From assembly GCA_013265495.1 (NCBI GenBank), contig MU058213.1:2914001-2978000 (forward strand): 64,000 nt of DNA, given 5' to 3'. Under the pieces are notes generated by a model. It did not search any database, was not told the origin of the DNA, and worked only from the letters and a program-made list of their open reading frames with translations. Positions 38,545-49,954 of the stretch are shown here, piece after piece. Within the stretch, counting starts at the first letter, position 1. Each line of letters begins with the position of its first letter. Both the position numbers and the translations under genes were made by a program. Source of the DNA: Vicugna vicugna (lineage: Eukaryota).

Positions 38545-39200
38545 TACATCAGCCTTAGTTTTCTATTGTTGTAGACCAAATAATTAAAAAGTCATTGAAA
38601 TCCACAGCCATTTATTATCTCATAGTTTCTGTAGGTCAGAACTTTGTGTGGGCTGGATTGGGTTCTCTGGTTGGGATCTAATAAGACCAAAGTCAAAGCG
38701 TCGGCTAGAGAAAGCTCTAATATAGAGGCTCTGGGGAAGAATTAGCCTCCAGCTCATTCAGGTTGTTGACAGAACTCAGTTCCTTACAGCTGTTGGAAAG
38801 CTGTCCCTGTTTCCTTGCTGGCTGTTTGGCAGGGATTGTTCTCAGCTTCTAGAGGGCACCCACATTCCTCACTACATTGCCCCCTCCATCTTCAAGCCAA
38901 CATTGGCATGTAGAAATCTTCTCATGCTTCAACTCTTTCTGGCTCCCCCTTCAGCTTTTTCCTTCTGCCACTAGCCAGAGAAAATTCTGATTTTAAAGTA
39001 CTCATGTGATTGCATTGCGAAGATAGTCCAAGATGATCTCCCTATTTTAAGGCTAACTGATTAGTAAACTTAAATTGCATTTGCAAAATCCCTTTCCCAC
39101 GTAATCTGACATATTCACAGGCAAGATATCATATTCCTACTTCCAAGAATTACAGCCGGAAATCTGGGGGCGGGGACATTTTTAGAATTCTGCCTTCTGC
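38545..39200 (-). mobile_element. MLT1E/F-like MaLR LTR within an L2
   Basis: catttattatctcatagtttctgtaggtcagaa…gaggctctggggaagaa…ctcattcaggttgttgacagaactcagttcctt…ttttagaattctgcct. Confidence 0.8.
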
Positions 39201-41624
39201 AGTATATAATTGACATCTCAAACTCAGTAAAAATGAACCCCTGCTACTCTGCCACGAAGTCTGCTTCTTCCTCAACTTTTCCCATCTTAGTTGCTCCAGT
39301 TAAAAACCATAAAGTCATTCTTGGCTCCTCACTTTCTGTCACATGCCACATGATACATATATTTACACATGTTAGCTAAATTAAAGTCCATTTATTCATT
39401 CAAGAAGTATTTGCTAAGGGTTTTGTCCATGCCAAGCACTATTCTAGGCACTGATAACAGTTCCATGAGACAGGAGACCAAGTATTGTCATTCCTAATTC
39501 ACAAATGAGTTTCTAAGGCTCAGGAAAGGCACATGACTTGCTCAATACCACACCAACTCATTTGATGGCAAAGCCAGGACTAAACAAAGGCTCTTGACTC
39601 ATAGTTAAATGTCTTTATTACCCAGTCTTTATATAAACAACCCTTTTTTTTTCACTAAAATTACTCAAGATAAGTTGCTTTCTTTGAAAATAAAAGCTTA
39701 CGGAGTTGATTCACTCTCTCCTACAGTTCTCTGACCTCTATATTGTATTTTTGTCAAAGAAATTTGGAAAAGGAAAAAATATAAATGGCTCAGCTCCAGC
39801 TAGCTGAGATCGTGCTTAGAAATGGGGAAAGAAGTTTGAGATCCCAATGAAAATTAAAAGAGCGGAAACCAGGGGAACTTGAGAAATGCGAGTATCTTTG
39901 GTACCTTCAGAAAACAAGCCTTCACTCGCTCTCCCAGCACAAAGATGATGATGGCAGTGGCTGCCCAACCAGCCTCCCACTTTTCCTATCAAAACATCCT
40001 TGTTGTTTTATTTCACAAACACTTGTGATATGCCAGATGCTGCTCTAACTGGTTTACATTTATTACCTTAACAAGTCACCAAATGGCTCAAGCATGATTT
40101 CAAACATACCACCCTTCTCAGAAACCTGCAACGCTTTCAATTGCCTCTCAGATTGGAAACTCCTTATCAAATGTACCTGACATAACAATGTACCTGAAAC
40201 TTTTTTGCAAAGTATGAAATTCAATTTAAGGAGAAGTTTCAACGTGTCCACCAGCTGAGTTGATATTTATTTCACTCCACACCAGCTTTTCCTCTCTACT
40301 CTCAGCAAGTGAACACTTATGCCCTTTTTATTTTTTTTAATCAGCTCTCCCTCCTCCCATCTCAATGCTTTCCCATATGCTAATATTGCCTCAAACTCTT
40401 TGGACTCCGTAAATATCAAAGATCCTTCTTCCAAGAGGCTCATAACATGCTTGAGAATCTGGGGAGTCTCTGAGGTCATCCACTCCAACTCTATTAAAGG
40501 TTAGGAAACTAGGACCTAAGAAATTTAAATAATTTCCCACTAATTAATGGTAGGACTGAAATTGTACACTGATTTCTAATCCTGGGCCATTTTAGCAAAG
40601 AGAAAAATGAGCACATCGTGATGAATAACAAGAAATCTAAGCACAGGTGCATCTATATGGCACTAATTTTTAATCTGGTTAAAATGGATTCATTTTTGAG
40701 TAAAAATCATTTTTTCTTTAAGACAATTTGTCCTTTTCACTTTAAGAATTGCTACACTATACTGTATAATACTATTGATTTACGCTCTGTATTTCATATT
40801 GATCCAAAAGGACACTGCCAAGGTCTGCTTTAATCTATAATTAAAAGAGAGAGTCTGCAAAGCCATTCCCTGAGAAGTTAATTCGCAGCACCTTAAACAC
40901 TGCTCTTTCACAATCAAATACCTTACCAACAGTTTAAGGATGTATTTGGTTCACCATTTCTGCTAAAAGAGAAAAACCATGTTTAAAATAAATGTCTAGT
41001 CATTTGAAATAACATTTCACATTTATATGCCCTCGGGTTTTGTCTAAGATGGTGCTGGTTGACAGGAAAAAGGCAAGTTCATTGTAAATCTTTCCCCTGA
41101 TTCTCTCTTGTTAGGTAAGTACTTCCTGGATTTTTTTTAATAACAGCCAGGTTAAATTTAGTAATCATGTTCTTCCCAGACACAAAGAGCAGCAGTAATT
41201 ACAAGTTTAGAAAAGACTAAGCAGAAACATACAATCTGACACTTGAGGAAACACCATCAAAAGAGCAACACCTCTCATGGAGGAAGCAACTCTTGGCCTG
41301 AATCTTAAAGGATGAATTAGGGACTTTTGCAGACCAGGAAGGACATTCTAGACAGACACACGAGCAAAAGCGCATAAGAGGAAAACCACGGAATGTGGCT
41401 GGAGAGCACAAAAGATCCATTTGGCTGGAGGGTCAGGCTGCACCCTGGACAGTGGGAAACAGGTCGAAAGGGAGGATAAGGTTTATTGTGCCTTTTGAGA
41501 AAAATCAGAATGTGACTCCCCACTCAGCCAAAGATGAATGGATTTTCCTGTTCTAATCTAAGAAAGGCAGGGAACATCTGCTTCCTACTCTTCACATCTT
41601 TCTTTAGCGCAGCTCAGGTTGATA

Positions 41625-41870
41625 AATGGCAGGACAGCATACAGTTTAAGATCACAGACTTGGGAGCCAAAGAGATTGGGTTCAAATCCGGTCCTCACCA
41701 CCTACTAGCTATATGAGCCTGGGGAAGTCTCACGTCTTTCCTGGCATCACTAGTCTATAAAATGGGCACGACACAGTGTTATTTTGAGAACTCAAGGAAA
41801 TTATACATATTAAAGCACATAGTACCTTGCTTGGCACATAGCACTCATCAAACATTAGATACTAATATTG
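41625..41870 (+). mobile_element. MIR
   Basis: tgggttcaaatccggtcctcaccacctactagctatatgagcctggggaagtc…ctataaaatggg…cttggcacatag. Confidence 0.8.
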
Positions 41871-42907
41871 TTTTTGTTGCTATTAATGTTGCATTTTCAG
41901 CTGGTTGCCCTCATTCACAAGTTTCAGGCATACCTATATATGCTTGGGCAATACTCAAAATTTTTAACAACTAGTGTGGCTTGGGTACTGGCTGGTCAGA
42001 ACAGACACTGATCATGATAAGATTATGTATACTTGCTAATATCAGCCCTGGCATCATGGAAATTTGTTAAAGTGACCATCGACCCTAAACCAGACCGTTT
42101 CACAGGCAAATTAAATTGAGAATTTAGATTGATGGTAAATAATATTAAGTGTTATTGTATTAAACAAATGCAAACTATACAGTGAGTGTGGGGGTGTGAA
42201 AACTAACACGGTTATTTTAAAGCTCATGTATCAGCATTCTCCAAATGAAAAGCAAATACATAGGCACCAAGGAAGCAACAAATATAACTTATTTAGTTAT
42301 AAAGAAACTTCTGAAAGAGTTTCCTGACAAAGACTATTTAGAACAACAACAAAATATACTCTGGGTTCAGGCAGGATAGAAAGAGGAATGTTTTTAGGCA
42401 GACTGAAAAATACATTACAGCAAAATATTTTTTTAAATAAATAAATAGACTTCCCTGGGGAAAAATTTCAAAAGTAGAGTTCTCCATACACCTTTATTAT
42501 TTTGCATTTTTATAAGAGATCTGAAAGGCAATGCACAATGGTACAGCCATATTTGCAGAAGATACTAGGTTCTTCCAGGTAGTGAAATGCCAAGCCAATA
42601 GGAATAAGTCATGTAAGTGGGATGAAAATTGGCAAGTGAAATTCAATGTGGACTGGTATTAAAGTATTTGTTTAAATAAAGCGAACTCATATACACCTAT
42701 CAGATGATGAACTCCAAGTTGAGGTTAGACAGGAAACAAATCCAAGCATCATTAAAGGCTAAAAATGTTACTAAAAGAATGGCTTATTATACTTGTCTTG
42801 GCAAAGAGGCCAAGAAAATACTGAAAAATGGGGCAAAGAACTTGAAAACAATAGATAAAATATTATACTGCCTTAAAATAAAATTCTGAATCAAGAATTC
42901 TGTGTGT

Positions 42908-44347
42908 CAATGGAGGAAAGACAGTGTCTTCAATAAATAGTACTGCGAAAGCTGCATACTCACACGCAAAAAGGAAAAAGAAGCTAGACTTATATTACAT
43001 CATACACAAAAATTGACTCAAAATGGATGAAAGACTTAAATGTAAGACCTAAAACTGTCAAAATTCCAGAAGAAAACAAAGGAAAAGCTTTTTCACACTG
43101 GCCTTGAAAATGTTTTTTTTTAACATGACACCAAAATCACATGAAACAAAATAACAAACAAAAGCAAAAAACAGAAAAAACAAGTACTACTACATCAACT
43201 AAAAACCCTGTACAGCAAAGGAAATGATCAACAAGATGAAAAGCCACCTACGGAATGGGAGAAAGTATCTGCACATCATATATCTAATAAGGAGTTAATA
43301 TCCAAAATGTATAAGGAACTCATACAAGTCAATAACAAATAATAATAGTAATAATAAACAAGAATAGCCCAACTAAAAATGGACGAAGGATCTGAATAGA
43401 TGTTTTTCCAAAGAAGGCAAACAAATGGCCAAAAGGTGTATGAAAAGGTGCTCGACATCACTAACCATCAGGGAAATGCAAATCAAAACCACACTAGGAG
43501 ATTTTACTTCACACCTAGGAGAATGGCTGTTATCAAAAAGTTAAAAGATAACAAATGTTGGCAAGGACGTGGAGAAAAGGAAATCCTTATATCCTGTTGC
43601 AGCCACTATGGAAAACAATGTGGAGGGTGCTCAAGAAATTAAAAGTAGAACTAACATACATATGTTCCAGCAATTCCACATCTGGGCATTTGCCCAAAGG
43701 CAATAAAATCACTCTACCAAAGAGATATCTGCACTCCCATGTTCACTGCAGCATTATTTATAGTAGGCAAAATATGGAAACAACCTAAATGTCTGCTGAA
43801 AGCTGAATGGTTTAAGAAAAGGTATGTATATGTATATGTATGTGTATATACAATGAAGTATTATTCAGTCCTGGATATCCTGCCAATTGCAACAACATGA
43901 ATGAACCTGGAGAACATTATGCTAAGTGAAATAGCCAGAGAGAGAAAGACTAGTACTGGAGGGTCTCACTTTCATGTGTCATCTAAAATAGTCCAGCTCA
44001 TAGAACCAGAGAGGGGAATGGTAGTTCAGCCAGGGACCGGGGAGTGGTGGAAATGGGACAATGTTGGTTAAAGGGTACAAAATAGCAATTATGAGATTAA
44101 TAAGTCTGGGGATCTAATGTAAAACATGGTGACTACAGTACTGTATACTTGACATTTGCTAAGAGAGGAAATCTGAAATGTTCTCAGAACAAAAAAAGTA
44201 ACCACATGAGGTGATGAATATGTTGATTTATCTAATTGTGGCAATCCTTTTATAATGTAAATGTGTATTAAAATCATGTTGTATACCTTATACATGTGTA
44301 TATAGTTTTTATTTGTCTATTATACCTCCATAAAGATGGGCTGGGGG
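42908..44347 (+). mobile_element. 5'-truncated L1 (L1MA9/MB-like) inserted in the CR1
   Basis: ORF2 C-terminal and 3' UTR similarity; 14-bp TSD agaat(t/a)ctgtgtgt at 42894-42907 and 44348-44361. Confidence 0.9.
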
Positions 44348-44417
44348 AGAATACTGTGTGTTTTTCTGCATCTTACAAAAGAAATAATGGATCTCAAAAG
44401 GTCCAAAGTAGGAAACT

Positions 44418-44514
44418 TTTAACAATATTGATTCTTCCAATCCAGGAACATGGGATATCTTCCCATTTTTTTAAGTCTTCTTTAATTTCCTTAATCAGTG
44501 TTTTATAGTTCTCT
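44418..44514 (-). mobile_element. 97-bp internal L1 ORF2 fragment with no poly-A
   Basis: Reverse complement closely matches the L1 at about 9648-9740; flanked by direct repeats GGAAACT (44411-44417 and 44515-44521). Confidence 0.85.
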
Positions 44515-44729
44515 GGAAACTAAAAGAACTAAAGGTATTTGGTTAAAATGTTTGTATCTTTTTTAGGGGAGCGACAGGCGGGGGGACTGTAAGTATGATT
44601 ACTTGAGTTTATCATATTCTTTAATTCATGGTATTCTATCATAAATATTCTTATCAAACCACTCTGTTTATTTTTCCCCTCCATCTTCAGTCCCTACTCT
44701 GACCCCTCTTAGCACCTGTAAGTGTATGC

Positions 44730-45418
44730 CTGGGTTTCTCAACTAAAGCATTATGGACATTCTGAATCAGACAATTCTTTGTTGGGAGTTGTCCAGTAAA
44801 TTGCAGCATATTTGGCAGCATTCCTGTCTTCTACCTGCTAGATACCAGAAGCAATCTATCATGGGTTGAATTGTGTCCCCACTCCCCCCAAAAAGGTATA
44901 TTCAAGTCCTAACCCCATGTACCCATGAATGTGACCATATTTGGAAATAAGATCTTTGTAGATGTAATTAAGATGTAAGTTAAGATGAGGTCATACTGGA
45001 GTCGGGTGGGCCCTTAATTCAACATGACTGGTATCCTTATAAAAAGAAGAGGAGACACAGAAACAGATCACACACCAAGAGGAAAATGCCAGGTGAAGAT
45101 ACAGACACATAGAGGGAAAACAGCCATGTGACAATGGAGACCAAGACTGGAGTTATGCCACTGCAAGCCAAGGAACTCTAAGGAATCCTAGCAACCTCAG
45201 AACCTAGGAGAGAGAGGACAGCCTCTGGCCTCCAGCACTTCCAGTCTTCAGAACTGGAAGAGAACAGATTTTGTTTTAAGCCATCCAGTGTGTGGTAGTT
45301 TGTTATAACCACCCTAGGAAGCTGATACATGCCCCATCAGATGTGACAATCAAAAATGTCTACAGACACTGCCTAATGTCCCTTATGGGCCAAAATCAAC
45401 CCCTATTGAGAACCACTG
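44730..45418 (-). mobile_element. MER20 split by an MLT1B/C insertion (own halves 44730-44856 and 45330-45418)
   Basis: ctgggtttctcaac…gataccagaagca | gtgacaatcaaaaatgtctacagaca…ttgagaaccactg; 8-bp TSD gtgtatgc/gtgtacac. Confidence 0.85.
44857..45329 (+). mobile_element. MLT1B/C MaLR solo LTR
   Basis: atgggttgaattgtgtcccc…aagtcctaacccc..gaatgtgaccatatttggaaataa…ccctaggaagctgataca. Confidence 0.9.
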
Positions 45419-46490
45419 GTGTACACTCTAATGGATTTGATGTCCTCTGCACATATATGTGTGTTTTATATAATGCTATCTTGGGAGTATATGGACAAAT
45501 TTAAATAAACAATCATTTGCTTAGAGATCTTACTCTATTCTTTACTATTTTCATTCAATAATATATTTAAGTTCTGAACATACTAGCCTATGAACATATG
45601 ATTTATTACTTTTGGTTGCTGCATCTGATTGCTGTGTTCCAAAGTGTGCACCTACCACATTTTACTTATCTAGTCCCCCAGTAATGTAGACCTCAGGTGC
45701 CCTCAACTCCCACCACCACAAACAATACTGCAATCAGTATTCCTGTACTCATCTTCTAAGGGCCCTGTAAGTGAATTTCTTTTCCATTTTCAGCAACGAG
45801 TGCCCATTTGACTGGCGTAGAACAATATCTCTAAATCTCAGTTTGTACATATCTTCATATACTTGCTAGCACTTGGGCTTCCCATCCTATGAATTTCCAA
45901 TTCATAATCTTTATCCACTTTTATATCAAATATTCTGCCTTTTTCCTGTTGATTTTCAAGAGTTCCCGAATACTCTTGCTATTCAATTCTCATCAGTTTT
46001 AAACACTGAAAATATTTCCTATTCCCTCCTCCAGCTGTTGAGTCTGTCAATCTTTCAACTTAAAGTTTAGGATTGAGGGTACCAGATAAGAGGTCCTTTC
46101 CATCCCAAAGATGTTTGCCAACATTTAATTCCATTACATATAAAGTTGTATACTTAGGCTTTTAATTCATTTATAGTTCACCTTTGCATGCTGTAATTGT
46201 GAGCAATCCAACATCTTTTTCCTCCATATAAGGAGTAAATTTTCTAAGCACCATTGACCAAACAATCCATAATCTCACATTGGTTTGTGATGCTGTTTTT
46301 ATCACATATTAAGGTTCCAGACATAACTCTCTGTGCTCTCAACTCTGTAGTCACTGGTTTAGTTGTCTATGTATGTGCCACACCTGTTTTTATTGCTACT
46401 AATTTGGTTTATATCTTCATATGCATTAGGATGTTGCTCCTCTTTGAACTTTTTTTTCAAAGTTGATTTAGCAATTCAAAACAGACTTAC

Positions 46491-46933
46491 TATTTTGAAA
46501 ATAATGCCATTGGCAGCAACATGGATGGACCTGGGGATTGTCATTCCAAGTGAAGTAAGCCAGAAAGAGAAGGAAAAATACCACATATCACTCATATGTG
46601 GAATCTTAAAAGAAGACAAACAAACATATTTACAAAACAGAAACAGACTCATAGACATAGAAAACAAACTTATGATTATTGGTGTGGAGGCTGGAAAGGG
46701 GTAAATTGGGAGTTCGAGGTTTGCAGATACTAACTACTATATATAAAATAGATTAAAAAACAAGTTTATACTGTATAGCACAGGGAACTATATTCAATAT
46801 CTTATACTAATCTACGGTGGAAAAGAATATGAAAACGAATATATGTATGTTTACGTATGACTGAAGCATTATGCTGTACACCAGAAATTGACACAACATT
46901 GTAAACTGACTATATTTCAATAACATTTTTTTA
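46491..46933 (+). mobile_element. Young L1 3' UTR insertion
   Basis: Perfect 13-bp TSD AAAACAGACTTAC (46478-46490 and 46934-46946). Confidence 0.95.
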
Positions 46934-46964
46934 AAAACAGACTTACCGTTCTGGCATGTAAACA

Positions 46965-47110
46965 GTTTTTCCAGCTTCATTGTGATATAACTGACATACA
47001 ACATTGTGTAAGTAATAAGGAGTACAATGTGATGATTTGATACATATTGCAAAATATTTACCACAATAAGGTTAGTTCACACATCCTCTCACACATAATT
47101 ATTATTCGTG
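46965..47110 (-). mobile_element. L1MA9-like 3' end fragment
   Basis: ccagcttcattgtgatataactgacatacaacattgtgtaag…ccacaataaggttagtt. Confidence 0.75.
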
Positions 47111-48039
47111 TTTTCTAAAGTTCTGCTGAAATTTTAAGTTAGAATTGAATTTAACTTCTATGTTAATTTGTGGGAAAATGACAGATTTACAATGTTGAAA
47201 TAGTCAACCATGAATATGCTGTTTTCCCAATTAGATCATTTTGTTGCCCTCCACCAGAGTTGAAACATAGGATTTAAAAGGCATCAGGTAAGATACCAAA
47301 AAAAATGGATTTAAGAATATATTTCTGTAGAGTACTTTTTATATATCTTGTAGACTAAAAAACTCATTATCTCCAAGAAACAGTAATGTCTGAAACTACA
47401 AATAAGTTAGGACAATCATCCCCTATTCAGCGACGAGAAACCGAGAGTGCGGCAGAGCACATGTTCTTTGAGGCTAACACCATGGAGGGAAGTCCTGCCA
47501 TATGACAATATGCCCTGTGTTCTACTGTCAGGCAGAATTACGGGCTTCACATTCAGAATTCTGTGGTCTGATTCAAAGAGGCAAATATTATGCAAATAGG
47601 AGACTGTCCTAAGATCTTGGTTTTTCAAACTGTATTCACCCGAAGAAAGCAGGCATGCTTAACTCTGCAAATAGAGCTGCAAGAGAATCTGCTTCTTAGA
47701 AAGAATGAATGAATGTCACCCACTGAGTAGGGAAAGGAAAAAAAGTGAATAAAAAAAATAGGAGCCCCTGTCTGCTGAAAATGTGTGCATTCTGTAGCCA
47801 ATGTAGGGAAAGAAGAACTATCTGAAATGTCAAGAATCCTATAACTCATCTACATTCACTGTATGCCTGGTTAGTGGTAAGAGACACACTTTCCCCTCCC
47901 TTATTCTTCCAACCCACTCCTAGTCCTAGTGTCGTAAACCATGCATACAACTTCCTGGTAAGTTTTCCTGACAATCATTGACAACACCAGAGGACATTTC
48001 CACTGTGTCTTGAACCCACCATGTAATTTCATGGATTTG

Positions 48040-48525
48040 CTTAAGCTCTTCCTTATTTCTAGAAAACCCTCCCCTTTCACTCTGCTTCCTATCAACCAGG
48101 TGAACTCCTATTCACTCATCAAGGTCCAGCTCAAATATTATCTCCTTTCCATAGCTTTCCCTCAACTTCTCATTCTCATATAGAGATAACTGATCCTTCA
48201 TTTGTCCTACCACAGTCCTTAATACACTTCCCTATTACGGTATCTTTCCCATCTACCTCACTGAATTGTAGCTTACTGTTTAAATTAGTTAACATGTATA
48301 TAAAGTTCTTAAAATGGTGCTGGGCACATGGTAACCATCACATAAGCACTTCGCTAGCATTATAGTTAGATTGCATACAGTTATCATCACTGTTTGTATA
48401 TACGTCTCCCCTGTCGACACTTGACATTTCTCAAGGGCAAGGACATCTCAGTCATCTTCATTTCCCCAGTGCCTGGCACAAGATGTAGCATACAATAGAA
48501 ACTCAAAAAAATATTTACTGAATAA
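48040..48525 (+). mobile_element. L2 3' end with an embedded MIR fragment
   Basis: gaactcctattcactcatcaaggtccagctcaaatatta…ccccagtgcctggcacaaga…atatttactgaataaa. Confidence 0.7.
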
Positions 48526-49954
48526 AGTTCCCTCAGGACAGTGGGAACTGCCATATCCAAAGCCGGAGCGTGATGCTGACTCTGACCTTTCCAAGCTTAT
48601 TCATCTTGAACTAAACCTTTGGCTGCTCTGCTCCTCAACTGACATGGTCAGTTAGGTGATGCAGTCATTGCTAGTGAAATCATCTGTAATAATTGAGGTA
48701 CACACAATCTACTGTGTACAGGGAAAGCATGCCAAACACCCTCTCAGAACTCATACTCAGTAGGAAAAAAAGTAATTTATTTTATATTGTTCCCTGCCAG
48801 CATGTCTGAACAATCTTTACCAGTGAATTGTGATAAAGTTTGGTGACTTTATTTCCAGCAGGAATATAGTTGGATATTCTTGATTACTTCCTCCTTTCCC
48901 CAAAATCAATTGTGCTTGAGGCAATGATATGAAAACAAATCATATGTACCAAACCAATATCTGCAATGACTTTTTCTAATTTGGGAAGAATTAAATCTCT
49001 CTTCCCAATACCTGCCATGTTTATGACCTAAGATGTCAATATATCATGCTTGCAACTGAGTCAGTTTTCTCCTTAAATAAATGTGTTGCCCTTCTTTCTC
49101 AATTCAGTTCTGTGGAACTAGTTTTGATAAGTTATTCTGGAAGAAAATAATATATTTTAGACATTTCTCATCAAAATCATATTTGGATGAGTTATAAACC
49201 TAAGCCAGCTTCCCAACCAAAAATGTAGTCTTAAAAGCTACACAGAGGGCAAAGAGTGAATATCTTGACACTTGTCAGTGAAGTTACACATATTTGTGCA
49301 TATTAAAAATAATCTAGATTACTCACAAAGCGTGTGTGTGGTCAAAGAAGGTGAGCCGTGAAGTGGTACAAGTCAGCAAAGTCATCTCTACCTGCATTAA
49401 CTTTAGAAGCAGGCACTTGTTCATGCTTCTAGGCTCCCTACTGCCTACTCAGGGAGCATGTCTAGGCACTGGCATCCCTTGGTTCCAGTCTACATATTTC
49501 CCAGCAAGCCACCTATACACATAAAGGCAGGTATATATGTGCAGGTTTACATATGTGTGTGTGTGTGTACAGAGTGCTTCTGACTAACTGAAACCCTTTT
49601 CCTAGATTTGGGTCTTATGACTACAGGGTGAAATCCTAAAATTGATGCAAGTCTTTATAAGACTATGGCCAAGGGCTGAGGAATAGGAGAAAATGAGAGA
49701 GAAGACATAAGCAGAACAGCCTAGGAGCTTAGGGGGCCGGGTGGGGTAGGTGCCCATTCACTAACTCCTGCAAAGAACTTGGCAACATTCTGATGCCCTG
49801 AGCACTGATATTTGGGGGGACATAAAGAGACAACACCATTGGAGTGGACAATGTCATGTCCACAATGGACACGTGCAGCACAAAGAGTGGCAAGGATTCC
49901 TCAAGGAGCTTTGCATGTGTGGTCAGTTAAGGAGGCTGGAACAAATCCTGTTGG

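Larger units (their letters stand above)
42200..44575 (+). mobile_element. Ancient CR1/L3 LINE ORF2 (RT) fossil in three pieces (about 42200-42907, 44348-44417, 44515-44575)
   Basis: Collinear frameshifted peptides SKYIGTKEATNITYL, ERVS*QRLFR, PLLFCIFIRDL, IFAEDTRFFQVVKCQAN, KWDENWQVKFNVD, YTYQMMNSKL, NIILP, EYCV, KVQSR and KLKELKVFG follow the CR1 RT motif order. Confidence 0.85.
45430..47260 (-). mobile_element. Highly degenerate old L1M (L1ME-like) hosting younger L1 inserts
   Basis: Antisense L1-like text (tttctaagcaccattgaccaaacaatcc; gacagatttacaatgttgaa..caaccatgaatatg). Confidence 0.55.

Noticed and set aside
42704..42889. 61-aa ORF MMNSKL…
   Set aside because: Not a gene; it is part of the decayed CR1 ORF2.
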